From positions 13,764,001-13,828,000 of the forward strand of contig CM059449.1 of the NCBI GenBank assembly GCA_030390025.1: 64,000 bases of DNA, given 5' to 3'. The stretch comes from Squalus acanthias. Its lineage: Eukaryota. A model generated the notes under the pieces. It was not told the origin of the DNA. It searched no databases and saw only the letters and a program-made list of their open reading frames with translations. A program made the position numbers and the translations under genes. Positions 38,641 to 51,000 of the stretch are shown piece after piece; the first letter of the stretch is position 1, and every line of letters begins with the position of its first letter.

Positions 38641-39084
38641 AAAAAAGAAAGACTTGCATTTATATAGCGCTTTTCACGACCACCGGACGTCCCAACGCGC
38701 TTTAAAGCCAATGAAGTACTTATTGAAGTGCAGTCACTGTTGTAATGTAGGAACCGCGGCAGCCAATGTGCGCACAGCAAGCTCCCACAAACAGCAACGT
38801 GATAATGATCAGGTAATCTGCTTTATTTAGCGACGTTTATTGAAGGATAAATATTGACCAGGACACGGGGAGGACTCTCCTGCTCTTCTTCCAAAGAGTG
38901 CCGTGGGTTTTTTTTACGTTCAGCTGAGAGAGCAGACGGGGCCTCGTCCGAAAGACGGCACCTCCGACAGTGCAGCACTCCCTCAGCCTAGATTTTTGTG
39001 CTCATAGTACCTTGGAGTGGGATTTGAATCTACCAACCTTCTAACTCACAGGCGAGAGTGCTACCCACTGAGCCACGGCTGCCA
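38641..39084 (-). mobile_element. Near full-length tRNA-derived DeuSINE (SacSINE1-like) with L2-type 3' tail
   Basis: Head cagccgtggctcagtgggtagcactctcgcctgtgagttagaaggt; central ttgctgtttgtgggagcttgctgtgcg; tail gcgctatataaatgcaagtctttcttt shared with L2 3' ends at about 26500 and 27210. Confidence 0.85.
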
Positions 39085-39570
39085 TGGTAGCTAGGGGGCC
39101 CTGTCAGATATTATATGAACAGATAATATTCTTGCTCTTAGCCAAAAGGCCGAGAAGCCAAATAGTATCACAACATTTAAACCTTACACTTGAGTAAATG
39201 TATGAATTTGTCAGTGGTGTCCACAATGGTGATGTTTAGGCGGTTGTAAATACAGCTATAATGTAGGAAAATGTAAGAATGTACGTTATGAACAGTCCCT
39301 CCACTTTGACTCTCTTGTGGTGAAAACACATGGCGCAATAATAACGCATGCCAGTTAGGTATGAAATTCCTCTGCCCGCTATTTAAAGTCAGACATTTAT
39401 TTATTTACAACAAATGAAATCCGATGTTAAAATTTGCGTTTGGGATTGGCAAACTAATGTGACAATATCTGATTTTGCCTCACCTGCTTTACTTCTGTCA
39501 CACACACACACAACGCTATCTGTGCTGAGAGAGATGCTCCACTAGGCTGCAGTTTGTTGAGTATTATAAA

Positions 39571-40320
39571 CATGATGCGGAGATGCCGGTGTTGGACTGG
39601 GGTGGACAAAAGTGAGAAGTCGCACAACACCAGGTTATAGTCCAACAGTTTTATTTGAAATCACAAGCTTTCGGAGCGACTGCTCCTTCGTCAGGTGAAG
39701 TAAAGCAATACAAAATCGACAAAGCATATATAGATAGAGAACAATGCATGTGTAACTTACAATGGCAGACGTATGAACGGACACCGCACAACAATCGCCA
39801 GGCAGGAGGGTTGCCTCCCAGTCGGGGAACACTTCAGCAGCCAGGGGCATTCAGCCTCGGATATGCGGGTAAGCGTTCTCCAAGGCGGCCTTCGAGATAC
39901 ACGACAGCGCAAAATCATAGAGCAGAAACTGATAGCCAAGTTCCGCACTCATGAGGATGGCCTCAATCGCGATATCGGGTTCATGTCACGATACAGAACG
40001 TGACTTGACATCATGGCCGGTCTTCCCAGGTGTTTTTTTTTTTTAAAAAAAGGCTAACACAAGAACCTACACAGATTGACAGGATATGCAGCCAGCAGGT
40101 GGTTTGACACGTTGGACCCCCTGGGACACATCTCATTGTCTTGGCTATGCTCTTTGATGTAGGAAAGATTTGAATATATTTTGTCTGTGTTTAAATTGTG
40201 AATTCTGGGAGATTCTCTCACTGCTAAACTTACCTGACGAAGGAGCGAACTGCTCCGAAAGCTTGTAAAATTAAATAAATCTGTTGGACTATAACCTGGT
40301 GTTGTGCGACTTCTCATTTT
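39571..40320 (+). mobile_element. Truncated Penelope-like element with GIY-YIG endonuclease C-terminus and inverted terminal repeats
   Basis: ORF 39773-40003 (MNGHRTTI...PVGEHFSSQGHS...EQKLIAKFRTHEDGLNRD) is typical of the PLE GIY-YIG domain. Same terminal repeat as the hairpins; TSD tattataaaca. Confidence 0.88.
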
Positions 40321-40464
40321 TATTATAAACAAGGCATTGCACTGACATGCGGTAAACTAATACTACAACAATTAAGACAGAGAAAACGGAATCACACCAA
40401 TCTTACAACTGTAAAGTTGCAACAAATTTTTATCAATCAAGGACTGTTTGTTCTTGCAACTTAC

Positions 40465-40806
40465 GCCTCACTTCCAATTTGGTGCCATTTCCGTCTCTCG
40501 CTCCTACTCCCATTAAGTCTATCCGGCAGTAATAGGTGTCTGAGTCTTTCTCCGTCAAGTCGGAGATATTAATGAATATTCTGTTGTTGAAAAATGACTC
40601 GCTGTCCGACCTCTCTAGCCGTTCTCCATAAAACGGACTGTCGTCCAGTTTGTACCCATTTGGTTTACCCCGTGTCCATTGAGCTGAGCCGATCAGAGAT
40701 AGGTTTCCTTCAGAAGCCAGGGCACAGTTCAGTGTCACCGACTCACCTTCTGTTCCAGTTATAAAGGGAGGGAACTGGTAAACGGTGGTATTCGCCATCC
40801 TGCCTG
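40465..40806 (-). CDS. NKp30/NCR3-like gene B, germline-joined VJ-type Ig V domain exon
   Basis: Translation TVYQFPPFITGTEGESVTLNC...IGSAQW...YGERL...ISDLTEKDSDTYYCRIDLMGVGARDGNGTKLEVR has the canonical B-strand Cys, C-strand Trp, DxxxYYC and a J-like GNGTxLxV. It resembles human NKp30 (IGSVTW, CRVEVLGLGVGTGNGTRLVV; recalled, not searched). NAGNAG acceptor ttcag/cag (start 40806 or 40803), donor C|gtaagt, phase 1-1. Confidence 0.92.
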
Positions 40807-41189
40807 CTGAACAATGACATTTTAACTTTAAACCGGATAAATACTGCACTCGACACCTGTTTAACGCTGATCAGTTTTTTTTTACCTTAAATGCAATCAG
40901 GCGGTACACATCATATAAATACAGAGATCAAAAGGGAAACTTGAAAATGCTGCAAATACACAAGTGCTTTAAACTAAGGGGCACTTTGTAAATATACAAA
41001 TAATCAGAGTAAGTAATTTGATCCAAATGGATAGACTAAATAAAAAACTAAGTTGAGGATACCAACATTCAAGGAATCCAAATTGCATTAAATAAAAATC
41101 TGGTATACAGAAATAATTAAATAATAATTGGGAGTAAGGGGGATACTAAACTAAAACACATACATATACAACATAAGTAGATAGACGTT

Positions 41190-43512
41190 TAAGTAAGATG
41201 ATTTGAAAGCTGAGACCCGTTGCCTGCAATTCCTGTGCCATGTGGGAATTCCAGGATGCTTGGTGTATCCTGGATAACCATGTGTACAGGAAGTGCCTCC
41301 AGTTGCTCGGTCTTGAGTTCAGGGTTTCTGAGTTTGAGGAGCGGCTGGAGTCAGAGGGCAGGGCACACGGAAGGCTGATAATTTCCTGGCGCGCACGTTC
41401 CAGGAGGTGATCACCCCGCAGCTACAGAGAGCGCAGGGGAATAGTAAGAGGGTGGCCATCGGCAGGATAGGAAGAGGCAGAGAGAGCAGGGATCCTCCGG
41501 GAGTGTGACACTCTCAAACTGGTTATCTGTGCTGAATGTGAGTGCGACGACACCTTGGGGGAGTGCAGTCCGTAGCACATCCACGGCACTGTGGGGCAAA
41601 TGACTGCACAGGTGGGGCACAGCAAAATCGAGAAATGCAGTGGTCATAGGGGATTCGATAGTCAGGGGAATAGACAGGCATTTCTGCAACCGTCTACGTG
41701 AGTCCCGATGGTGTGTTGCCTCCCTGGCGCTTCGAGGGTGCAGAACATTTTGAGGGGGAAGGGCAACAGCTAGATGTTGTGGTCCATGTGGGAACCGATG
41801 GCATAGGAAGGAAAAGCGTTGAGGTCCTGCAGTCAGAGTTTCGGGAGCTCGGGAGGAAACCAAAGAGCAGGTCCTCAAAGGTAGCAATCTCTGGATTACT
41901 CCCAGTGCCACGTGCTAGTGAGTATCGGAATAGTCGGGTAAGATAGGTTAACACGTGTCTGGAGAAATAGAGCAGGAGGGAGGGCTTCAGACTTCTTGGA
42001 CATTGGGACCAGTTCTTGGTGGGGGGGCGCTGTACAAGCTGGAAGGATTGCATCTCAACAGAACTGGCTCCAGTATCCACGTGGGAAGGTTAACTAGTAC
42101 TGTGGGGGAGGGTTTAAACGGAATTTGGCTGGGCGATTGGCACCAGGATGAAGCATTAGAGAGAAGAAACAAGGTGCACAGGGGATAGGAGAGGCAAATA
42201 GCATTAGAGTAAAGAATAGTTCATAAATAGGAGGGATCAGACATGGGGAAAAAGCTAGGCAGACTAAGATGGGTATGGAGTGCATGTGCGTAAGTGCACG
42301 TAACGTGGTAAATAATGTCTATAAAAGGAAATCAGAGGTGCAAAGAGAGAGTATGAGAACAGATTAACGGCTAACATAAAAGGGAACCCAAAAGTCTTTT
42401 ATATACACATAAATAGTAAAAGGGTAGCTAAAGGAAGTGTGGGGCAGATGGACCTTAAAGAAGTTATTCTTGTGGAGGCAGAGGGCAGTGCTGCGGTAGT
42501 AAATGAATACTTTGCAGCTGTCTTCACTAGAGAAGAGGATGGTGCCAAGGTAGCAGTGAATGAGGAGGCAGTAGCGATATTGGATAGGATACAAATAGAT
42601 AAAGAGAAGGTACTTTAAAGGTTGGCAGTCCGCAAGGTAGAAAAGTTACCCGGTCCAGCCGGGATGCATCCCAGGTTGCTGAGGGAAGTAAGGAACTAAA
42701 TTGAGGAGGCTCTGGCCACAATCTTCCAATCCTCTTTAGATATGTGGGAGCGGTGGCAGAGGACTGGAGGATTGTAAATGTTACACCCCTGTTTAAAAAA
42801 AGGGAGAGCGATGAACTCGGCAATTACAGCCAGTCAGCCTATCATCGGTAGTGGGGAAACTTTTAGAGATTTATCAAAATGGGACAAAATAAATTGGCAT
42901 TTGGGAAAGTATGGGCTAATAAATGAAAGTCAACATGGATTTGTTAAAGGCAAATTGTGTTTGACTAACTTAATCGAGTTCGTTCGTGAAGTATCATAGA
43001 GGGTTGATGGGCATAGTTCGGTTGATGTGTATGTGGGCTTTCAGAAGGCATTTGACAAAGTGCAACATAATAGACTTGTTAGCGAAATTAAAACCCATAG
43101 TATTAAAGGGACAGTGGTAACATGGGTACGACATGGGCTAAGGGACAGAAATCATGGAGTAGTGGCGAACGGTATTTTTTCAGACTGGAGGGAAGTATAC
43201 AGTGGTGTTCCCCAGAGGTCGGTATTAGGACCACTGCGATTTTTGATATATATTAATGATCTGGACTTGGGTATACAGGGCATAATTTCAAAGTCTGCAG
43301 ATGACAGGAAACTCGGAAATGTAGTAAACAATGAGGAGGGTAGTAACAGACTTCAGGAGGACATAGACAGACTGGTGAAATGGGCAGACACGTGGCAGAT
43401 GCAATTTAACGCAGATACGTGTGAAGTGATACATTTTGGTAGGGAGAATTAGGAGAGGCAATATGAAGTGAATGGTACAATTTGAATGCGGGTGCAGGGA
43501 CAGAGAGACCTG
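41190..43512 (+). mobile_element. Old, internally deleted CR1 in intron 1 of gene B
   Basis: Esterase remnants (HVGTDG, SGLLPVPRAS) and RT remnant ORF 43027-43452. Confidence 0.85.
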
Positions 43513-44565
43513 CGAAGTCGGGATCGAGTCAGTCCGGAAATCAGTAGTTCACAAAACATTCGCCTAAATGTGATTTAATCGGTCCTGCATTGTTTATGTA
43601 GCTATGTCAGGTCTATAATCTGTCTGAATTTAAGGTGTCTTTTTCGAGCTGCGCTTCAATTACTTTACAATTAAAATACACAAAATTAATCCCAACATAA
43701 GTATTACCAGCAACATACATGTTCTGTGAATTGCTTACAGTTTCTGCAGATGCCTGGACAGTTTTGTTTAATTTCTTGTACCGTTAGAGCGGCTACCTAC
43801 GATAAGTGGCCGGTGCAACTGGCCCAATTTTAAAATATATCAGAGAAAAACAGTTGCAGCCTTTAATAACAATGCAGTAAGAATTCTATCTGTTTGCGAC
43901 ATGGTTGAGTGCATTCAGAAAGATTTTTTAGAAACTGTGAAATGTACGATGAACTCTTCACGAACATGCTTACCAAGTCGCTTACAATTATTGTTCAGTG
44001 AAATTCCTGCTCCACAAATGTAGGAAACCCAATGGAATTAATTCAGATCAATGCCCAGCTATGAGGTGCCAAATAGAAAGAAAGCATAAACTGATCGAAT
44101 ATTATCTTTGGAGAGTACCGAGCATAAAGTTAACTCAAAGCAAACAAGCTAACATCCATTCGAAAGCGACACAAATGATGCAAAAAGAGATAATTAGGAA
44201 TGCTGAAATCCTGATAACTGTCTAAGCATAATGACACTATCACTTCACATTTTGCGAAATAACCTTACCCTTATGTGTTACAGGGAAGTCCCAGTAAGGT
44301 AAGATCGGTTGGCACGTTTGCGACTATATCATCTTAATAGTACATTCACCGGTCATTTCCAAAACTCTAATTGTGTGCAAAGGATTCAATTTACATTTAT
44401 TTCAATATTATATTTAAAAATATATAGTATTGTATAGTAACGACGAGAATAAGTTAACTAGAGCATTACAGAGTAGCGAGTCAGCTAACTTAACCAGAAT
44501 ATCATATAGTACCGACTGGTACAAGTAGAGCATTCTATAATAACGAATAATATAAGCTTACTAAC

Positions 44566-44623
44566 CAGTGCTTAGCGGAAAGAGAATCAGCTGCATAAAA
44601 TGAATTTGTTGAATTAAAACCAT
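44566..44623 (-). CDS. NKp30/NCR3-like gene B, exon 1 (signal peptide MVLIQQIHFMQLILFPLST-G)
   Basis: ATG at 44623, 58 nt, ends in phase 1 at G|gttagt. Clearly paralogous to the 58-nt leader at 8323-8380 (shared FMQLI, terminal TG and upstream cgtgtgcac). Confidence 0.85.
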
Positions 44624-44773
44624 CGTCGATGTGCACACGGCAGGAGGGATTAGATGTGACCCTGCTTACAGACGAATACTGGCAGCACTTTAAGTGTTAA
44701 CTACACCAATGACATCATTTGTGGTCTTTGCATTGACGGCACAGCGAGTGCAGACTCCAGTGTTGCAGATAAT

Positions 44774-45532
44774 GGGCCAAAAATTCGGCCCTACCCGGGT
44801 GAATACACAGTGCGTATTCACCCGTAATGCATCCCGAAGTGCCGATTTCCTGCATGCACTACGCATGCGCGGGGAACCAGAACTTCCGGTCTGGTGAAGG
44901 GGGCGGTTCCTTGGTGAACTGCGTGCGTGGTAGAGGCTGCGCACACGCAGTGAACTTAGATTTTTTTTCAGGTTTCTACGGGAGGGTAAGTAGTGAAGAA
45001 CCTACGCTTTTAAAAAGGATGTGCAGGACCCGTTTTCAACAAGGTAAGTGGTTAATTAAGTATAATTAAAAAAATATTTCAACAGGTTTATCTTTTTTAG
45101 ATACTTTAAAGGAAGGTAAGTTTATTTTTATCACTTTTAAAAAGTATTTTAATTTTTTCAAAAATTTAAATTTTTGTTTAAAGTGGTTAATTTATTTAAC
45201 TATAGTTATTTTATAAATGTGATGGTTTTTTTTAAATTTATTTTAAGTTTAGCTGTTCTTTTGGGGCCGATTTCAATTCACAGATTTGACAGGTCTTCCT
45301 GACAAATCTATGAATGAAAGATGGTCTGCTGCCATTGGCTCTCCATGGCCCACGTGGTCCCAGGGGACGCGTCGCACTAACTACGCCCCTGGGACACGCA
45401 AGCACTGCGCGCCTTGGAGCAGGACCAGGAGCCGAAGTTCCCGTGGGCCCAAAACACAACGGCAGGCGCGGTAGGTAAGTGCGCGCGCAATCCTTACCCC
45501 CGCGGCAAGCCGGAGAGGAGAATTTCTGGGCC
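44774..45532. mobile_element. Same TIR family, more diverged copy 3, 150 bp upstream of the gene B ATG
   Basis: GGGCCAAAAATT...AATTTCTGGGCC, TSD AAT; collinear with copy 2. Confidence 0.85.
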
Positions 45533-46002
45533 AATGAAACTGGTGTTGGCCTTCCTTCAGCGCAGATTTTTAACACTTAACAAGTTGCCTAAAAATTGTA
45601 CGGGCGATGCTATGCTGTAAATTGAGAGCTGGATAACTGCAGAATGCTGCACGCGTCAATAATGACTCGCTATACGGATGTATTTCCTGTTCTATGCTTG
45701 TAATATGGACGCCACACTGCCTCCATGTCTACAGAACTGTTAGACCCGTCAGAATAGCTTCCATCTTGGCCATCACTGAATTAAGGAAACGTAAAAGGCA
45801 AATGGAGAATTGATAATTCAGCTGAGGAACATAGGAACAGCCCCTCGAGCCTGTTCCGCCATTCTCTTTCAAATGTTTTGATAGTTGCTATACTCCGCCC
45901 TGTAATTTTAAATATCCAGTCTAAATAGATTTTTTTTTAAATTTTATTTGAAAACTTGGAGAAGAATGAGACAGTAGAGGAGATGGGACGCTGCGTATAG
46001 TG

Positions 46003-46067
46003 GCCCCAGTGGCCTAATGGATAAGGCACTGGCCTCCTAATTCTGGGTTCGAGTCCCAGCTGGGCTG
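46003..46067 (+). pseudogene. tRNA-Arg(CCT) pseudogene with 8-nt deletion in the anticodon arm/variable loop
   Basis: GCCCCAGTGGCCTAATGGATAAGGCACTGGCCTCCTAA matches vertebrate tRNA-Arg-CCT; GCCAGGGA is missing; B box GGTTCGAGTCCC is intact. Confidence 0.88.
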
Positions 46068-46078
46068 TGAAATTTTAG

Positions 46079-46175
46079 TGTCAGCCATGGCTCAATGGGC
46101 AACACTCTCACCTCTGGGTCAGAAGGCTGTTTGCTGGTCCCACTCCATGAACTTCAGCACAAAAATATCGGCAGC
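46079..46175 (+). mobile_element. 5' fragment of the same SINE directly behind the tRNA pseudogene (also at ~59990-60080 and ~62670-62760)
   Basis: gtcagccatggctcaatgggcaacactctcacctctgggtcagaaggctgt...agcacaaaa, followed by a minus-strand CR1 3' end. Confidence 0.75.
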
Positions 46176-48019
46176 AGATTCTTAGTTTCATAGGAACAGG
46201 AGGAGGCCATTTAGCCCCTCGACCCTCTTCCATCATTCAATGAGATCACGGCTGATCTGCGACTTAACTCCATATACTCGCCTTTGGCCCATATCCCTTA
46301 ACACCTTTGGTTATCAGAAAGCTATCAATCTCCGATTTAAAATTAACAATTGACCCAGCAGCAATTGCCGTTTGCGGAAGAGAGTTCCAAACTTCTACCA
46401 CCCCTTGTCTGTAGAAGTGTTTCCTAATTTTTAGCCCCCTAGCCCTAGACTTCCCAACCAGTGGAAATAGTTTCTCTCTATCTACCCTATCTGTTCTCCT
46501 TAATATCGTGAAAACTTCGATCAGATCACCTTCTAAATTATCGGAAATACAACCCTAATTTGTGTAATCTCTCCTCGTAACTTAACCCTTGAAGCTTACA
46601 TTTTAAATGCAGATTAAATTGTATCTTTCAGATGAAATGATAACACAAACTATGAACAAGCACCGAAAGGATTAAGAATGAGATAGCAAGGTTTATTGAA
46701 AAGCACGGTATATTCTTGGATAAGGGTACAAGGGTGCAACACGTAACATCTTAACAAAAGCTAATGTTGCCATTTAGAAAGGTATGTAATGTGTACTGTA
46801 GAACTGCCTAACATTTGCTGAATTAGTGTTGTTAGTGCCTTGGCAGCGGCGTTGGACTAATAAGAAAGAGCAAGTAGTAGGCTTTATTGATGCCTGTCTT
46901 GGAACTGCCTTTAAGCAATAAAGAGAGTGAATCTCAGGGTCGATATCCAACCTGTTCTAATCTCAACCGAAGCATTTAGGGAGGTCAAATAGACCACTGA
47001 TAAACCTCATGGTTCTCGTGCCCCTGCTTTTCAAAATGAACAACGTCTTCTTGAGCGAAGTAGCGGGGGACGATAGTCAATCACCATTGAAACACTTGAA
47101 ACACAGGAATTGCGAGATGCAAAAAGACTAAGGTCCATCTAATTCGCCTTCTGCCATCCTGGTAGTCGCATGATACAATGATAATGGAGTTTTTGACTAG
47201 TCATAAACATCCATGTCCAGGTATTAGTCTACAACAGACCCAGACATGACACGAGGAAAACCCCGGTGGTGGAGAGATTTGGGAGCCATAGGTCCAAACT
47301 CCAAAGTTATTTTTTTCCTCCCAAGCCTTACACTTACCACACGTCATCTCTCCAATTACTCAAATACTGTATCCAAAATGTAATTTTGTGAAATAAATCT
47401 CTCTAATATGTATTTGCATGAGTCAATACTAACTGCTTTCACCATATCCTAGGGAGTCTGTTCCATAGATTGACCACTCGTTCACTGAAATGTTACTTTT
47501 GAGTTTAACCGCAGGCCATGTCCTCTGGTTCTACTCTGCTGGACAAGATATAATAGCGTGTCATGCTCTAAATTGTCTGGTCCCTTTAGAATCTTAAAAC
47601 CAGCCATCTTATCACCACGCCACCTTTTCTTTTTCAATTTACATCTCGCTCCTCATAATCCAATCTTTCCAGCTCCTCAATCATTCTGGTTGCTCTCTTC
47701 TGCATCCTTTCAATGGCTGCATTATCCTTCCTGCAGTGCTTTTTCATGATGCTTACCTGAGTGCAGCTGCTGTAATGGGATGAAAACGTGGATGGAGAAA
47801 CCACCGTACAGCTGAGCGTAATATAGTGTATAGAACATAACGTACACATTTCTATAAGAACAGAAGAAATAGGAGCAGGAGTCGGCCGTTTGGCCCTTCG
47901 AGCCTCCTCCGCCATTCAATAAGATCATGGCTGCTCTTCTACCTCATCTCTACTTTCCTGCACTATCCCCATGCCCCTTGAGACCCTTAATATTCAAAAA
48001 CCTATCGACCTCTGTCTTG

Positions 48020-51000
48020 CGAGAGTTTGGAGCTACTAAAGCAGCGGGAGCCCAGGAGATTGCGAGACCTCGGCGGTACTTAAAGCAGCGGGAGCCCAGG
48101 AGAGCGCGAGACCTCGGCGGTACTTAAAGCAGTGGGAGCACAGGAGTGAGAGATCGGCGGTACTTAAAACAGTGGGGCCCAGGAGAGCGCGAATCCTCGG
48201 CGGTACTTAAAACAGCGGGGGCCCAGGAGAGCGCGAGACCTCGGCGGTACTTAAAACAGTGGGGGCCCAGGAGAGCGCGAGACCTCGGCGGTAATTAAAA
48301 CAGTGGGGGCCCAGGAGATCGCGAGACCTCGGCGATAATTAAAACAGTGGGGGCCCAGGAGAGCGCGAGACCTCGGCGGTAATTAAAACAGTGGGGGCCC
48401 AGGAGAGCGCGAGACCTCGGCAGTAATTAAAACAGTGGGGGCCCAGGAGAGCGCGAGACCTCGGCGGTAATTAAAACAGCGGGAGCCCAGGAGAGCGCGA
48501 GACCTCGGCGGTAATTAAAACAGCGGGAGCCCAGGAGAGCGCGAGACCTCGGCGGTAATTAAAACAGTGGGGGCCTAGGAGAGTGCGGCTACAACAGACC
48601 GGTGAGTGTGAAGAAGTAAAAAGTAATCGAAGTGTGAGGTCTCCAGAAATCAGGTAAGTGATTGGTTGGTGAGTATTTCTATATTTCTCACTTTTTCTCC
48701 AAACTTGGGCATCTAAATTTAAGTGCCTTGGTGTAGATTAAAAGATATATGTGTTTCAAATTTGAAAACGAATTAATTAATTAATTGAGATGGGAGACAA
48801 GGCAATGTGTTGTTGTTGTTGCATGTGGGAGCTGGTGGACACCATTGAGGTCCAAGGCGACCACCTCTGCAGCAAACGTTGGCTGCTCGTGGAACTTCGG
48901 CTCAGAGTTGATGAGCTGGAGTCCGAGATTCAGATACTGCGACACATTAGGGAGGGGGAGCGTTACCTGGACACTAAGTTCCAGGAGGCAGTCACACCCA
49001 CTAGAGTAATTACTTCCAATTTGGCCCATGGTCAGGGACAGGAGGGTGTGACTACAAGCGAGGCAGGCATTGGGATCCAGGAGGTAGTGATGGAGGAGCC
49101 CTTGGCCTTGTCTAACAGGTCCGAGATTCTTCTCTGTGTGGATGAGGGCAGGGACTGCAGGGAGGATGAGCAATCTGACCACAGCACCGTGGTAGAGGGA
49201 GCCATTCAAGTGGGGGGAGTAAAAAGAAATGTTGTAGTGATAGGGGACAGTATAGTTAGGGGGATAGATACTGTTCTCTGCAGCCGAGAGTGTGAGTCCC
49301 AAAGTGCCAGGATTAAGGACATCTCCTCTGGCTGGAGAGAAACTTGGAGTGGGAGGGGGAGGATCCAGTTGTCATGGTCTACGTATGCACCAATGACATA
49401 GGTAGGAAAAAGAAAAAGGTTCTGCTGAGAGATTATGAGCAGCTAGGGGCTAAATTAAAAAGCAGAACCACAAAGGTAATAATCTCTGGATTACTACCTG
49501 AGCCACGAGCGAATTTGCATAGAGTAAATAAAATCAGAGAAATGAACGAGTGGCTAAGGTAGTAATCCAGAGACTGTTGTGGGAGAAATGGGTTTCGATT
49601 TGTGGGGCACTGGCACCAGTACTGGGATAAGAGGGAGCTGTTCTGTTTGGACGGGCTTCACTTGAACCATGCTGGGGCGAGAGTCCTCGCGAATCGAATA
49701 ACTAGGGCTGTAGAGAGGGCTTCAAACTGAATAGTGGGGGGGTGGGGGGGAGGTGGCGGAGGATCCAGGTGAGCGGGAATTCAAAAAGTCAATGAGAAAT
49801 GAGAAAGCAATAGAGCAGGATAGAGATGGGGGAAATAACAACCAGAGTGTGACAGGAAGGGACAGAATGTTTAAAAATAAGAATGCAAAAGAAAATGGGG
49901 CCAAAACAAGAAGAAATGGTAAAAAGACAAAGTTAAAAGCTCTATATCTGAATGCACGCTGCATTCGTAACACGATAAATGAGTTGACGGCACAACTAGA
50001 TACAAAGGGGTATGATCTGATCGCCATTACAGAGACGTGGTTGCAAGGTGATCAGAGCTGGGAACTGAATATTCCAGGGTATTTGACAATTCAGAAAGGA
50101 TAGACAGAAAGGAAAGGGAGGTGGGGTGGCTTTGTTGGTAAAGGATGGGATCAGTGCAGTGGTGAGAAGTGATATTGGGTCAGAAGATCAAGATGTAGAA
50201 TCGGTTTGGGTGGAGATAAAAATAATGAAAGGAAAAAGTCGCTGGTGGGCATAGTCTACAGGCCCCCGAACAGTAGCAATACTGTTCGACAAAGTATAAA
50301 TCAACTAATAATGGAGGCCTGTAAAAAAGGTGCGGTAATAATCATGGGTGATTTTAATCTCCATATTTATTGAACAAATCAAATTGGCCATGGTAGCCTT
50401 GAGGAGGAGTTCCTAGAGTGCATCCTGTATAGTTTCCTAGAACAGTATGCAATGGAACCAACCAGGGAGCAGGCGATCTTGGATATGGTACTATGTAATG
50501 AGACAGAATTAATAAATGATCTCATAGTAAAGGATCCTCTAGGAAAGATTGATCATAGTATGGTTGAATTTCAAATTCAGTTGGTGGGTGAGAAAGTTGT
50601 ATCTCAAACCAGTGTCCTGATCTTAAACAAAGGCAATTACAATGGCATGAGGGCAGAACTGGCTAAAGTGGACTGGAAAAATAAATTAAAGAGTAAGACA
50701 GTTGCAATGCAGTGGCGGACATTTAAGGAAATATTTCATAACTCTCAACAAAATATATTCCAGTGCGAAAGAAAGATTTTAAGAGAAGGGAACACCATCC
50801 GTGGCTAACTAAGGAAGTAAAGGATGGTATCAAATTGAAAACGAAGGCATACAATGTTGCCAAGATTGGTGGGAGACCAGAGGATTGGGAATTTTTTTTA
50901 AACAAGCAAAGGATGACTAAAAAAATAATAGAGAGAGAAGATGAATTATGAGATTAAACTGGCAAGAAAAATTAAAACAGATAGTAAGAGCAGCTACAGG

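Noticed and set aside
40465-40806. Interpretation as a rearranging TCR/Ig V segment
   Set aside because: The J-like strand is in the same exon, no constant-domain exon was found, and the motifs match NKp30.
48030-48590. Regular repeats resembling a CRISPR array
   Set aside because: No unique spacers, no cas genes, eukaryotic context; it is a CR1 5'UTR tandem repeat.
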